From: an uncultured Fidelibacterota bacterium
Lineage (GTDB): Bacteria > Fidelibacterota > Marinisomatia > Marinisomatales > TCS55
Direction: 5' to 3'
DNA length: 64,000 bases
NCBI GenBank assembly: GCA_913049685.1
Contig: CAJWZD010000002.1
Coordinates: 2,694 to 66,693, forward strand
In this document: positions 39,369 through 52,904 of the stretch, in pieces
Numbering within the stretch: position 1 is the stretch's first letter
Layout: every line of letters starts with the position of its first letter
The notes under the pieces: model-generated
What the model saw: only the letters and a program-made list of their open reading frames with translations
The model's database searches: none
Told to the model about the DNA's origin: nothing
Translations under genes and position numbers: made by a program

Positions 39369-41590
39369 AAAAAATTATAATTACAGCTCTTATAAATGCT
39401 TCCTTTTGCTTTGGACAGGTTGTTGAAGGTTCGGTCTCTGATAAAATAACTGGAATTCGTTTGTCTGGAGTCAATATTATCATAGTTGATAAGAATGCTG
39501 GATCCTCGACTGATTCAAATGGTCAATTTTCTCTAGACATAAAAGACTTAAATAGCAGCCAAATAATTCAGTTTAAGCATATTGGATACGATCAATTTCG
39601 TATCAGCCTTGACAGTTTAATGTCACGGTCAAATATCCTTCTTCAACCCAGAGTTCTTCAGTTTGAGGCAATAGAAACATCAGGAATAAAAAGAAAGCCT
39701 GCTATAGAAAAAGATCTGCCGCAAACAGTTTCAATCATTCAATCAGATGCTTTTGCTTTAAGGGCTTATGTGGATGCCGGAGATTTACTTGCAACAGACC
39801 AAAGCGTTCAAATTGAAGAGTCTCTTTCTGGAAGAAAAACTGTTTCAATTCGCGGAGGTAATGCGGACGATGTTTTAGTTTTATACAATGGATTTAGGTT
39901 AAATCGTCCCTATGACAATGTTTTTGATTTATCTCTTATCGATATGCAAAATATTGAGCAAATTGAAATTGTAAAGGGTGGACATTCAGTTCTGTATGGC
40001 TCCGATGCGTTCTCTGGCGTAATCAATATAGTACCAAAGAATACAAAAGATAAGAATGTGAAGATCTCTCAACAGTTTGGTTCCTATGATTCTGGTTTCT
40101 GGAATGCTAATGGTCAATTAAAAATTAAAAATTCTTTCCTTTCTATAAATCAAAAACGAGGTTCGTATAAACGAATTTTTCAAGATTCTCAAATTGAATC
40201 ACCAGGTCTTAACTCAAGTTTATCTCATTCTGCCTTTGATATGACTAATCGTTTAAAAAATAAATTCGTAAATGGAAATCTCGAATGGAATTTTACAAAT
40301 GACAAGCAGATATTTGATAACACTCGAGATCAAAACACAATTAATTCAACCAATCAACTTGCTGGTGTTCGCTATGATGGAGTGTTATGGTTTCTTGGAG
40401 AGGTTGAGCTTGCTTTTGCGTCGCACAACTTATCTGAAGCTCAAGATCTTAGCAATCAGCGAGGATATATTAGCAGATCATTAGATCATAGTTCAAATAA
40501 AGTTGATGCTAGAAAATATATAAATCTCAATAAAGTTGAATGGATGTTTGGAGCGCAAGCTGAAGATTCCAAATTAAATCTTTTCGATGATCAGAGTTTA
40601 AATAACACTGTACAATTAGGTCTTAAAGGTGCTCAAATAAATCGTCAGCATGCAGGTTTTGCAACAGTTCTTAAACTACACTCAAAAGGTGATGATATAG
40701 GTCAATGGCTTACTGATCTTGATGTAAGCTATCGATATGACTTTGTTAGAGATCAGAGCGATAGTTTGGTAAATAGAAAAGAGATATATGATTTATCTGA
40801 AATTTCGTCCTTAGTTGATTTTGGAAATAACCAATGGTCTAACAGTATTTTTAAAATTTCAACAATTGCATCTAAGCGTGCACCTGGAATGACAATGGCT
40901 TACTGGGCAACAACGGGAAATAATATAAAATTTCCCTCATTGCAACAGCAAATCAGCCAATTAACTTTTATGGAACCTGACCAGCGTAGATTAAAACCCG
41001 AAAAAATGAAATCATTAGAGATTGGTATAAATATACTTACCCAACCAAAAACAATGGAAAATGTAGATCAGCTAGAATTACAAGCCAGTATATTTCGTAA
41101 TGACTACCTAAATAAAATGCGTTCCACTTTTCTCTTAGGTATGCCTATAGCTTATTTTGAGAATGTGCAAATTGCTACAATGTCTGGCTTGGAAGTAAAA
41201 GCAAAAGCAAAAACATACGGTGGAAAGTTTACAGGGGAAATTGGTTTATCTAATTACAATATTTCTGATTTAAGCGCTTTCCCATTTAAATCACCGTACA
41301 AGCTAACTATAAATACTACATCAAAATGGAATTGGCTTATAATAGGAGCTCGAGTTTTTCAAGAGGGTGAACAAACAGGATTAATATTAGTACCTGAAAA
41401 AGGGTATAACGAAATTGAACTTCCCGCTTTTTCAAATTATGATTTGCATATGACGATTGATGTAGATTTCAATATTGCAAAAGGGCAAATCTCATATTCA
41501 GGTCGTAACCTCAAAAAAAATACAATCTCTCTTGATGGTTTGCTATTAAGAGATACCAGAAAATATTTAACTATTAGTTTAGAGCTATGA
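39365..41590 (+). CDS. TonB-dependent receptor
   Basis: N-terminal carboxypeptidase-regulatory-like domain; plug motifs SIRGG and IEQIEIVKGGHSVLYGSDAFSGVINI; LKPE; terminal beta strand. Confidence 0.85.
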   Translation: MKKIIITALINASFCFGQVVEGSVSDKITGIRLSGVNIIIVDKNAGSSTDSNGQFSLDIKDLNSSQIIQFKHIGYDQFRISLDSLMSRSNILLQPRVLQFEAIETSGIKRKPAIEKDLPQTVSIIQSDAFALRAYVDAGDLLATDQSVQIEESLSGRKTVSIRGGNADDVLVLYNGFRLNRPYDNVFDLSLIDMQNIEQIEIVKGGHSVLYGSDAFSGVINIVPKNTKDKNVKISQQFGSYDSGFWNANGQLKIKNSFLSINQKRGSYKRIFQDSQIESPGLNSSLSHSAFDMTNRLKNKFVNGNLEWNFTNDKQIFDNTRDQNTINSTNQLAGVRYDGVLWFLGEVELAFASHNLSEAQDLSNQRGYISRSLDHSSNKVDARKYINLNKVEWMFGAQAEDSKLNLFDDQSLNNTVQLGLKGAQINRQHAGFATVLKLHSKGDDIGQWLTDLDVSYRYDFVRDQSDSLVNRKEIYDLSEISSLVDFGNNQWSNSIFKISTIASKRAPGMTMAYWATTGNNIKFPSLQQQISQLTFMEPDQRRLKPEKMKSLEIGINILTQPKTMENVDQLELQASIFRNDYLNKMRSTFLLGMPIAYFENVQIATMSGLEVKAKAKTYGGKFTGEIGLSNYNISDLSAFPFKSPYKLTINTTSKWNWLIIGARVFQEGEQTGLILVPEKGYNEIELPAFSNYDLHMTIDVDFNIAKGQISYSGRNLKKNTISLDGLLLRDTRKYLTISLEL

Positions 41591-42465
41591 ATAGAAAAAT
41601 TATAATTGTTTCAGCTATCTTTTTATTTCTTTTTTCCTGCGAAGAAAACCCCTTTTCTTCAAAAAGCAGTATCCCTCATCGAAAAATAAACGGAATTATT
41701 AATCTAGAAGGTGTCGAGCTATATCCTGAAGGAAATCATAGTGGTATTTTTATTTGGTCAAATCAATTAGGGATTAGTGCATTAAGCGGCGCAGATGGAT
41801 CATTTGAGTTGGAGCTTCCAGCTGCCAGTTCGCCAAATGGGGGAGGGATTGTTGATGGAGATTACATTTTATATTTTTATATGTCTAATTATGAAATTTC
41901 AACAGTTGAGATAACCTTTGCTGGCGGCGAAATATTAAATGATGATAGAGTAATTAAAATTGATGGAGAATTAAGAAAAAAAGTGAGCCTTAAAAGAATG
42001 GTTCAGGTTAATACAGAAGTAAGACCCAACACTTTTCCAAAAAATTTTCAAGAAGATATTAAAATAACAATTAATGCTACTCCTGATAGGAGTGATATTT
42101 TTTTCTATTTAAAAGGTCTGGAGCTACCTCGTCAGCCAACAATTTACTCTGGGCTATTGATTAAAGACATATCTTCAGGCGATTTAGTTTTATCTTTCAA
42201 TCCCGATACTGCAGCTACAATAAAGAGAGTTATTGATAAACCGTACAGAGAATTTCTTGTAAATTTTAAAGTTATTGACGATTCTCTTAATTCTATTCTT
42301 CCTGCAGGAACATATGAGGCTATTCCATATGTAATTATTGAAAGCAATGATAATGTCCCAGAACATCTTTTAGATGCGCTTGATTCAGGTTATGATGAGT
42401 TCTCAGAGAAATATTTTAATTATCCTATCTATCGAACTGGAGGAAAATTTATCGTAACCGAATAA
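41587..42465 (+). CDS. Hypothetical lipoprotein, beta-rich
   Basis: Lipobox LFSC; start overlaps the TBDR stop (ATGA). Confidence 0.65.
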   Translation: MNRKIIIVSAIFLFLFSCEENPFSSKSSIPHRKINGIINLEGVELYPEGNHSGIFIWSNQLGISALSGADGSFELELPAASSPNGGGIVDGDYILYFYMSNYEISTVEITFAGGEILNDDRVIKIDGELRKKVSLKRMVQVNTEVRPNTFPKNFQEDIKITINATPDRSDIFFYLKGLELPRQPTIYSGLLIKDISSGDLVLSFNPDTAATIKRVIDKPYREFLVNFKVIDDSLNSILPAGTYEAIPYVIIESNDNVPEHLLDALDSGYDEFSEKYFNYPIYRTGGKFIVTE

Positions 42466-42478
42466 AGTTTTTCTTGAA

Positions 42479-42503
42479 GGAACATGTTTTTTTTCTTGTC
42501 GTT
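42479..42503 (+). promoter_or_regulatory. Putative ECF sigma factor promoter
   Basis: GGAAC-N16(T-rich)-CGTT about 40 nt upstream of the Yip1 ATG. Confidence 0.6.
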
Positions 42504-42543
42504 AATTTGTTAGGTTTAGTTCAGTTCATTAAAGGATAAATAC

Positions 42544-43260
42544 ATGCTTTCTTCAATAATAAATACGCTCACAGCGCCCAAAGAAACCTTTCAAAAAATT
42601 TGTGAACATTATAGTCCTAAGGAAGCCTTAGCTCCGCTATCGATAATCATGATCTTAGCAGTAATATCATCCATGGTACTTTCTGATCAAATCGCAGACC
42701 TTCAATGGGATCAGATTCAGCAAAGTTTAAATAATAATTCCAATATAACGGAGGAGCAGAAACAAGAGATACTCGGATCTCAATACGATCGTATCTACTC
42801 AAACTCTGGGCCTACTGCTGTTTTTATTTATATTAGTTCTGCAATTTCCTGGCCAGTTAGAGTCTTATTTTGGTCATTATTTTCCATGTTGTTCTCCAAC
42901 GTATTTTTAGGTTCAAAAAATAAGTTAGGAGCAGTTTTTACAGTTGCTTCTTTTTCTTATCTCCCATCTGTTATTGAATATTTGGTTAAAACACCCATCC
43001 AGTATTCTACTGACAATATGATGATTTTTACTGGATTAGGAGCTCTAGGGATTGGGGAGCAGGGTAGTTTTATTAATAATTTTTTAAGCGGGTTAGATAT
43101 ATTTGCCTTATGGCGCGTGTACTTAACTGCAGTGGGGTTTACATTTCTTTATAACTCTAAAATCAATAATACAATCAAGACTCTAGGCATTTTATGGATT
43201 AGTAGTTTAATAATCTTTTCTGCCATAGGAGCATTCTTTGCTGGACTTGGTGGCGCTTAA
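42544..43260 (+). CDS. Yip1 family membrane protein (YknW-like)
   Basis: PKETF N-terminus, about 5 TM helices, DIFALW motif. Confidence 0.78.
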   Translation: MLSSIINTLTAPKETFQKICEHYSPKEALAPLSIIMILAVISSMVLSDQIADLQWDQIQQSLNNNSNITEEQKQEILGSQYDRIYSNSGPTAVFIYISSAISWPVRVLFWSLFSMLFSNVFLGSKNKLGAVFTVASFSYLPSVIEYLVKTPIQYSTDNMMIFTGLGALGIGEQGSFINNFLSGLDIFALWRVYLTAVGFTFLYNSKINNTIKTLGILWISSLIIFSAIGAFFAGLGGA

Positions 43261-43268
43261 TTAATAAA

Positions 43269-44582
43269 ATGAAAGCACTGGTATTTTTAGCAATTTCAAT
43301 CTGCTATTCTCAAAACTACACTCTTGAAAAAGCAGTAGAAATAGCATTGCAAAACAAAGAGGCTCTTAAAGCGTCCGCTCTTGATCTGAGGTCTTCTAAG
43401 CAGGATATAAAAAGTTCTTATAGTGGAATTCTCCCATCTTTGCGTGCGTCAACCACCATGACAGAATCCCGATTCCCTGAGCAAACAGTAGGGTTCAATC
43501 AGTCATCAGGCGAAATATTGTCAGATGTAAGTAGTATTACCTCAGCATCTTCAAACATATCTATTAATCAAAATATATATGACGGTGGTGTTTGGTGGAA
43601 TAATATTAGCCTTGCAAAAAATAACTACAAGATATCAGACCAGTTCAATAGACAAATTAAAACAAACATTATTCGAAATGTTCATTTTGCTTATTTTAAC
43701 TATTTAAAAGCAATGCAACTGCTTGGCGTGGCAAGATCTAATTTGATGAGCTCACAGCAACAGCTAGCATTAGTAGAGCAAAAGTTTGATTTGGGATCAG
43801 CTAAGAAAACCGATTTACTGAAAGCTAAAGTTCGATTTGGACAGGCCAGGGTAGATTTAATAAGTAATGATGCTTCTTTGAAAAGCGCATATCGTAATCT
43901 TAAAAATGCTATGGGTTTAATAAATACTAATGATGAATTCAGCATAAGCGATGTAGAGAGGCCTCTTGAAATAATTCCTGAATTTGAAACAGGATTTGAA
44001 TTGATTCAAAAATTTAATCCTAGTATAAAGGCAAAGCAGTACCAAATTGTTGCCGCTAAGATTGGAACGAAAATCGCTAAAGGATCGCGAATGCCTAATA
44101 TTAGTATATCTGCAAGCGCTTTTGGAACCGCTGAGAGTATAAGTGATGCAGTTTCAAATAGCTATGGGGATAATCAGAGAACAAATACCTCTCTTTCTAT
44201 ATCGCTTCCACTGTATAGCGGAAATACAATATCAACCCGAATTCAAAAGGCCAAGCTCACTGTAAACAAACAGGAGTCTGAATATTTAACGCAGCTTGAG
44301 GATATATCTGTTCAATTAAAAGATCTCATTGATCAATTGCAAAACTTCAGTGAAATAATACCGATTAATGAAACAGTCTTAGAATCTGCCGAAGAAGACT
44401 TAAAGCTTTCTCAAGTACGATATTCTCAAGGGTCTACAACCATTTTAGAAGTGTTAAACGCACAGGTTTCTGTGGTGCAAGCAAAATCATCTCTAGTGCG
44501 TTCTAAATATGATGCATTTATTCAACAAGCCAATTTAAAAGCCTTACTTGGAACATTAGATGTTGAACAAGAAAATAATTAG
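43269..44582 (+). CDS. TolC family outer-membrane efflux protein
   Basis: [41 protein letters not shown]. Confidence 0.92.
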   Translation: MKALVFLAISICYSQNYTLEKAVEIALQNKEALKASALDLRSSKQDIKSSYSGILPSLRASTTMTESRFPEQTVGFNQSSGEILSDVSSITSASSNISINQNIYDGGVWWNNISLAKNNYKISDQFNRQIKTNIIRNVHFAYFNYLKAMQLLGVARSNLMSSQQQLALVEQKFDLGSAKKTDLLKAKVRFGQARVDLISNDASLKSAYRNLKNAMGLINTNDEFSISDVERPLEIIPEFETGFELIQKFNPSIKAKQYQIVAAKIGTKIAKGSRMPNISISASAFGTAESISDAVSNSYGDNQRTNTSLSISLPLYSGNTISTRIQKAKLTVNKQESEYLTQLEDISVQLKDLIDQLQNFSEIIPINETVLESAEEDLKLSQVRYSQGSTTILEVLNAQVSVVQAKSSLVRSKYDAFIQQANLKALLGTLDVEQENN

Positions 44583-44590
44583 GAGTTAAT

Positions 44591-45898
44591 GTGCCGGACA
44601 AAAATAGATCTAAAAAAAGAAAATGGATTATAATTGCTATCGCGATTGTATTTGTAATTGCGACAATAATTTTAAGCCTAAATCAAGACGATAAAGATGC
44701 AGTAAGCGTCGAAACGGAAGTAGTTAAATACAATACCGTGATTCAAAAGGTTAATGCCAGTGGGACCATTCAACCTGAAACTGAAGTTAAAATAAGTTCT
44801 TCCACCTCATCGGCTTGGATTGAATCGATAACAGTTAAAGAAGGTGATTATGTTAACAAAGGTCAGCTACTCATATCGTTAGACAGGAAACAGCTTCTTT
44901 CAAATTATAATGCAGCCATGTCATCCGTGCGTTCTGCTAAAGCACGGTTAAAGCAAGAAGTTGCTAGCAAAAAAAGAATTGAAACTATGTATGATCAAAA
45001 CCTAGCATCTGATCAAGAGCTTGAGGCAATTCAGGCATCTTATGAAATAGCCAATAGTCAACTTGAACAAGCAAGGGCAAATCTTGAATCTCGAAAGGAT
45101 GAACTTGACAGAGCCAAAATAACTTCACCACAAAATGGAATTGTTACTCAGATAAATAAAGAAATTGGTGAAATGGCCTTAGGCGGAATGTTTCAAGCAG
45201 AAGTTTTAATGGTGATTGCAGATTTGTCAAAAATGGAAGTCATTATTGATGTGAATGAAAATGATGTCGTATCTATATTAAAAGGGGATACAGCAGAAAT
45301 AGAAATAGATGCCTTTTTAGATACACTTTTCTACGGAGTTGTCAATGAAGTTGCATTGGTACCACAGGTCACCGGTATGGGCTCTCAACAGCAAGTAACC
45401 AACTTTCAAGTTAAAGTAAGAATGATCAATGTTCCTGATAATATACGCCCAGGTATGAGCGCAACCGTTGACATTGTTACCGATAAAAAGGAAAACGTTT
45501 TAACCATACCGATACAAAGCTTGACCGCGAGAAAAAAAGGGATTGAATTAATTGAAATAGGAGATAAACCTAAAGATGTTTTTGATAAAAAAGGCGCTAA
45601 AGCTGAAATGGAGGAATTGGTTTTTATTATCCAAGATTCAGAGGGTTTAGTTGATCGCGGTGAATCTTCACCAAAAAACAAATTTGAGAAACCCTTCAAA
45701 AAAGCAAAAAAAGGCACAAAATATGTTCACGTAAGGCCCGTTATAGTTGGGATATCAAGTGAGACAGATTATGAAGTTTTGAATGGTCTTAAGCTGGGAG
45801 ACAAGATAGTTACTGGTAGCTACAAATCTATAAGCAGGGAATTAAAACACAACGCTCTTGTGAAATTAAAATCAGAAAAGAAAAATAAGTCCGACTGA
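44591..45898 (+). CDS. MacA-like periplasmic adaptor subunit
   Basis: TM anchor, [28 protein letters not shown]. Confidence 0.92.
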   Translation: MPDKNRSKKRKWIIIAIAIVFVIATIILSLNQDDKDAVSVETEVVKYNTVIQKVNASGTIQPETEVKISSSTSSAWIESITVKEGDYVNKGQLLISLDRKQLLSNYNAAMSSVRSAKARLKQEVASKKRIETMYDQNLASDQELEAIQASYEIANSQLEQARANLESRKDELDRAKITSPQNGIVTQINKEIGEMALGGMFQAEVLMVIADLSKMEVIIDVNENDVVSILKGDTAEIEIDAFLDTLFYGVVNEVALVPQVTGMGSQQQVTNFQVKVRMINVPDNIRPGMSATVDIVTDKKENVLTIPIQSLTARKKGIELIEIGDKPKDVFDKKGAKAEMEELVFIIQDSEGLVDRGESSPKNKFEKPFKKAKKGTKYVHVRPVIVGISSETDYEVLNGLKLGDKIVTGSYKSISRELKHNALVKLKSEKKNKSD

Positions 45899-46603
45899 GT
45901 GTCAAACTTAATTTCATTGAATCAGATCAAACGCCATTATGATGTTGGTGGAGAGCTAGTAAAAGCGCTTGATGGCATTGATGTATCAATAAAACCCAAC
46001 GAATATATTTCAATTATGGGCCCATCGGGGTCCGGTAAATCTACATTAATGAATATTATTGGATGTCTTGATACCCCAACAGATGGGACTTATCAATTCG
46101 AAGGAGAGCTCGTTCATGAAATGGACGATGACCAGCTTGCTTCAATTCGTAATAGAAAAATCGGCTTCGTATTTCAGACATTTAACCTGCTTCCAAGATC
46201 AACCGCTTTACGCAATGTTGAGGTTCCGCTTATTTATTCAAATACCCCTAAGGCTGAGAGGCTTGAAATAGCACGATCTTCGCTGATTTCAGTAGGATTG
46301 GGAGATAGGCTTGATCATAAACCTAATGAATTATCAGGTGGACAGAGACAAAGAGTTGCAATAGCGAGAGCTTTAGTAAATACGCCATCTATAATTTTAG
46401 CAGATGAACCAACTGGAAATTTAGATTCCAAAAGCGGGATTGAGATTATGAAAATTTTGTATGATTTATACACTAAAGGTAATACGATCATACTGGTTAC
46501 TCATGAAAAGGAAATTGCCAAGCACGCAAATCGTATCATTACCATCTTTGACGGCAAGATTAAGGAAGACCGCGCAAATGAAAATATGATAAAGGCCTTA
46601 TAG
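45899..46603 (+). CDS. MacB/LolD-type ABC transporter ATP-binding protein
   Basis: [31 protein letters not shown]. Confidence 0.95.
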   Translation: MSNLISLNQIKRHYDVGGELVKALDGIDVSIKPNEYISIMGPSGSGKSTLMNIIGCLDTPTDGTYQFEGELVHEMDDDQLASIRNRKIGFVFQTFNLLPRSTALRNVEVPLIYSNTPKAERLEIARSSLISVGLGDRLDHKPNELSGGQRQRVAIARALVNTPSIILADEPTGNLDSKSGIEIMKILYDLYTKGNTIILVTHEKEIAKHANRIITIFDGKIKEDRANENMIKAL

Positions 46604-47814
46604 TGTTTTCTCTCTTTTTCGAAAGCGTTAGAATCGCAGTTGATTCAATCCTATCAAACAAAATTCGATCTTTTTTAACGGGTCTTAGTATTATTATCGG
46701 CATTCTCACAGTAACTCTTATGGGTACCCTAATTTCAGGTTTAGATAGAGGGTTTGAAAAGAGTATGGATTTTTTAGGAAAAGACGTGCTATCAATAAGT
46801 CGATGGGAATGGTTTGGCGGTCAAGATTGGTGGGAAGTTCGCAATAGGCCAAGAATTAGATTAGAATATGTTGATAAGATTAAGAATAGATCAAAATATG
46901 CAGAGGCCGTTGCTCCAGTAATGCAGAGAGGTGCAAGTTTATCAAGAGGAGATTTAGGAGCACGCTCTCAGATTTTTGGAACAACCACTGAATATTTAAA
47001 AACAACAAACTATGGTGTTGAGACTGGAAGATTCTTTACAAATGGTGAAGATAGGTCTGGTGCTAGAGTAGCTCTATTAGGGTATGATGTAGCAGAGAAT
47101 CTATTCCCCAATGAAGACCCTATAGGAAAAAACTTTAAAATAGATGGCATAAGGTTTCGTGTGCTGGGAGTGATGGAAAAACAGGGAAAGTTTTTAGGCT
47201 TATTCAGCTTTGATACGCAGGTTATTATACCTTCTGGCGCAACTCAGAGATTGTTTTCACGAAGAGGTTTCTTAAGAATTAGTGTAAAAATACCGGATGA
47301 TAAAATTGAAGAGTCAAAAGACGAAATTTATGGTATTATGCGACAAATTAGAGGACTGAAGCCCACTGAAAAGGATGATTTTGCTGTTAACCAAACGGTA
47401 GCTTTTGAAAACATATATAATTCTATAAAGTTTGCTATTGGTGGAGTGGGTATCTTTATAACAATCCTATCTCTTGTTGTCGGAGGAATAGGAATCATGA
47501 ATATCATGTTCGTTTCTGTTAAAGAGAGGACCAAGGAAATTGGTGTTCGAAAGGCAATTGGCGCGACAAAGAATATGATCTTGACTCAATTTTTAATGGA
47601 AGCTACCATGATTTGCGTAATTGGAGGGTTAATTGGGCTATCCTTTGCATATATTTTAAGTTTAGTAATAAATCAATTTTTCCCTTCAACAATGCCAATT
47701 TGGCTTGCAATAACTTCAATATCATTAAGCATTTTTGTTGGAATTACTGCTGGTCTGATACCATCCTATAAAGCAGCAGGGCTTGACCCGATTGATGCAC
47801 TGAGGTATGAATAA
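46603..47814 (+). CDS. MacB/FtsX-type ABC permease
   Basis: GGIGIMNIMFVSVKERTKEIGVRKAIGA, LDPIDALRYE. Confidence 0.93.
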   Translation: MFSLFFESVRIAVDSILSNKIRSFLTGLSIIIGILTVTLMGTLISGLDRGFEKSMDFLGKDVLSISRWEWFGGQDWWEVRNRPRIRLEYVDKIKNRSKYAEAVAPVMQRGASLSRGDLGARSQIFGTTTEYLKTTNYGVETGRFFTNGEDRSGARVALLGYDVAENLFPNEDPIGKNFKIDGIRFRVLGVMEKQGKFLGLFSFDTQVIIPSGATQRLFSRRGFLRISVKIPDDKIEESKDEIYGIMRQIRGLKPTEKDDFAVNQTVAFENIYNSIKFAIGGVGIFITILSLVVGGIGIMNIMFVSVKERTKEIGVRKAIGATKNMILTQFLMEATMICVIGGLIGLSFAYILSLVINQFFPSTMPIWLAITSISLSIFVGITAGLIPSYKAAGLDPIDALRYE

Positions 47815-47816
47815 AA

Positions 47817-49067
47817 GTGATTTTAAGCAGTCAGATAAAAAGTATTTTACGTGAGAGTATCCGCATGACCTTTGATGCTATTCGTGCAAACAAACTAAGA
47901 TCGACGCTTACTCTTTTAGGAATATCGGTTGGTATTTTTTCAGTCATTAGCGTTATGACTGCAATTAAAACACTTGAAAGCTCTATTGAGTCTGGTTTAA
48001 ATGTGTTTGGAACCAATACTTTTTTAATAACCAAAGATCCTGCAATTCAGTTTGGAAGAAATGAAAAGTATCGAAATAGAAAAAATATTAATCTAGATCA
48101 ATATTTTCAATTAAAAGAGCGCGCTAAGCTACCAATACTTGTCAGTGGTGGGGATGAAACACAGAACGTACGAGTTGTAACATACAAAGATAAAAAGACA
48201 AAACAAGCTCCTAGAGTTTCTGGCGGAGATTATGGCACTTTGAGAACCGTCAATACGTATATTGCAGATGGTAGAAACTTGACTGAGGAAGACGTGCACC
48301 TATCACGCAGTGTTTGTATCATTGGAGCTGATGTTGTTGACGTTCTATTTCCATTTGAGGATCCACTAGGAAAGGTAATTCAGCTTAATGGGATCAACTT
48401 TACCGTTGTTGGAGTCACTGAAAGGCAAGGCCAATCTTTTGGTCAAAGCCAAGATAATTATGTCTTTATGCCGGTGACCACCTTTTTACAACGCTTTAGA
48501 GGTAAGTCATATTCTTTGGGCATTACCGTTGAATCCGAATCCTCTGAATTGTACAGTGAAACATTGGATGAAGTGATTGGTGCGCTAAGAGCAATACGAA
48601 AGGTACCACCTGGAGAAGAGAACGATTTTGAGATCACTACCAATGACGAATTAATGGAGACCTTTGGATCGTTTACTGGATCCATTAAGATTTTTGCATT
48701 TTCTATAAGCGTTATAGCATTAATTGTCGCTGGAATAGGAATTATGAATATAATGCTCGTATCCGTGACTGAAAGAATTAAAGAGATTGGTATACGAAAA
48801 GCTATAGGGGCAACTAGAAGACATATATTGTTTCAATTTCTAACCGAATCTGTCTTTTTATGTCAAATAGGCGGAATAATTGGAGTGATTTTTGGTATAG
48901 CAGCTGGAAATGTTATTTCATTAGTAGCAAAAGTTCCTGCAGTAATACCAATTGATTGGGCTATTTATGGAGTTATTAGTTGCTCTATTATTGGTATAGG
49001 TTTTGGAAGTTATCCTGCATGGAGAGCTGCAAATTTAGATCCCGTTGAATCTATGCGTTTTGAATAA
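47817..49067 (+). CDS. MacB/FtsX-type ABC permease, second paralogue
   Basis: GIGIMNIMLVSVTERIKEIGIRKAIGA, LDPVESMRFE. Confidence 0.93.
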   Translation: MILSSQIKSILRESIRMTFDAIRANKLRSTLTLLGISVGIFSVISVMTAIKTLESSIESGLNVFGTNTFLITKDPAIQFGRNEKYRNRKNINLDQYFQLKERAKLPILVSGGDETQNVRVVTYKDKKTKQAPRVSGGDYGTLRTVNTYIADGRNLTEEDVHLSRSVCIIGADVVDVLFPFEDPLGKVIQLNGINFTVVGVTERQGQSFGQSQDNYVFMPVTTFLQRFRGKSYSLGITVESESSELYSETLDEVIGALRAIRKVPPGEENDFEITTNDELMETFGSFTGSIKIFAFSISVIALIVAGIGIMNIMLVSVTERIKEIGIRKAIGATRRHILFQFLTESVFLCQIGGIIGVIFGIAAGNVISLVAKVPAVIPIDWAIYGVISCSIIGIGFGSYPAWRAANLDPVESMRFE

Positions 49068-49151
49068 AAACTTATTTCAAACATTCTTGTAGCAACCCAA
49101 CAGTTCTTATAAATTTAAACACCTCTTTAAGTGTCAAATATAATGATTAAC

Positions 49152-49170
49152 GCATTGAACAGCATTGAAC
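49152..49170 (+). repeat. Tandem direct repeat GCATTGAAC x2 (period 10) upstream of kdsB
   Basis: GCATTGAAC-a-GCATTGAAC. Confidence 0.55.
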
Positions 49171-49231
49171 CAGTTAAATTATTAGCTTGCTATTCAAATC
49201 GCTACCCCTTAATCAACAAAGCACAAACACA

Positions 49232-51558
<2,327 letters not shown>

Positions 51559-51561
51559 AAT

Positions 51562-52371
51562 ATGAATACTATTTCAATTGGTAATGTAAAATATGAAAAT
51601 GGGTCTTTTCCTTTGATTGCAGGGCCTTGCGTTATTGAGTCCAGAGATCACAGTCTTAAAATGGCTGAACAGATTCAAAAAGTTACAAATGCATTAAGCA
51701 TTCCATTAATTTTTAAGAGTTCTTTTGATAAGGCGAATAGGTCATCTATTGGATCATTTCGTGGTCCAGATAAATTAGACGAAGGTTTATCAATTCTTGC
51801 TGATGTAAAAAGAGAATTGGGAATACCTGTGCTTACAGATGTCCATTTACCTGACCAGTGTAGCTCAGTTGCTGAGGTTTGTGATGTTCTTCAAATTCCT
51901 GCTTTTTTATGTAGACAAACTGATCTCTTATTAGCAGCTGGGACAACAGGAAAGACAGTCAATATTAAAAAAGGTCAATTTTTAGCTCCGGGTAAAATGA
52001 AGCATGCCGCCGAAAAAATTGAATCTACTGGAAATAAAAATATTATTTTAACTGAAAGAGGAACTTCTTTCGGATATAGTCTCGTATCTGATATGACATC
52101 CATACCTGTTATGAGTCAAACCGGCTACCCTGTCATTTTTGATGCAACTCATTCTGCTCAATTGCCAGGTGATAAGAATATAACAGGAGGACAGCGGGAA
52201 ATGATACCAACTCTAGCTAAAGCAGCAGTTGCTGCTGGATGTAATGGCGTATTTATGGAGGTTCACGATAATCCAAAAAATGCAAAATCAGATGCCTCAA
52301 CTCAATGGCCTATTGACAAACTTGAAAATATTCTCCAGACTTTACTGAAAGTTTATGAGGCAGTTAACTAA
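51562..52371 (+). CDS. kdsA: Kdo 8-phosphate synthase
   Basis: IAGPCVIES, KSSFDKANRSS, QIPAFLCRQT, KKGQF, DATH. Confidence 0.97.
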   Translation: MNTISIGNVKYENGSFPLIAGPCVIESRDHSLKMAEQIQKVTNALSIPLIFKSSFDKANRSSIGSFRGPDKLDEGLSILADVKRELGIPVLTDVHLPDQCSSVAEVCDVLQIPAFLCRQTDLLLAAGTTGKTVNIKKGQFLAPGKMKHAAEKIESTGNKNIILTERGTSFGYSLVSDMTSIPVMSQTGYPVIFDATHSAQLPGDKNITGGQREMIPTLAKAAVAAGCNGVFMEVHDNPKNAKSDASTQWPIDKLENILQTLLKVYEAVN

Positions 52372-52904
52372 TGAGTTATAATATTAATTCAATAAAAATG
52401 ATCATTTCTGATATTGACGGAGTATGGACAGATGGGTGTGTTTATATAGGAAATGAAAATTATGAGATGAAAAAATTTAACGTAAATGATGGTACTGGGG
52501 TTGCCCTCTTAAGAGTTTCTGGAATAAAACTTGCTCTCATATCAGGCCGAAAGTCTGTTGCTACTGAACTTCGTGCAGCAGAACTTAAAATTGAAGATTT
52601 ATACAATGGAACTCTCAATAAAATAATTCCCTATGAAGAATTGAAATTAAAGTACAATCTTAAGGATTCTGAAATTGCATATGTTGGAGATGATCTGATT
52701 GATATACCTGTAATGGAGAAGGTGGCGGTACCAATTGCAACTCAAAACGCTGTTGATCTATGTAAAAAAGCCTCAGTTCACGTTACAGATAAACAAGGGG
52801 GCGAAGGAGCTTTTCGTGAAGCAGTAGAATGGATTTTAAATGAGCAGGGAAGGTTAGAGCAAGTAATTTTGAAACTAAAAAATAAAGTTTTTGAGCAAAA
52901 GTGA
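52371..52904 (+). CDS. kdsC: Kdo 8-phosphate phosphatase (HAD family)
   Basis: DIDGVWTDG, ISGR, YVGDDLID, GGEGAFRE. Confidence 0.92.
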   Translation: MSYNINSIKMIISDIDGVWTDGCVYIGNENYEMKKFNVNDGTGVALLRVSGIKLALISGRKSVATELRAAELKIEDLYNGTLNKIIPYEELKLKYNLKDSEIAYVGDDLIDIPVMEKVAVPIATQNAVDLCKKASVHVTDKQGGEGAFREAVEWILNEQGRLEQVILKLKNKVFEQK

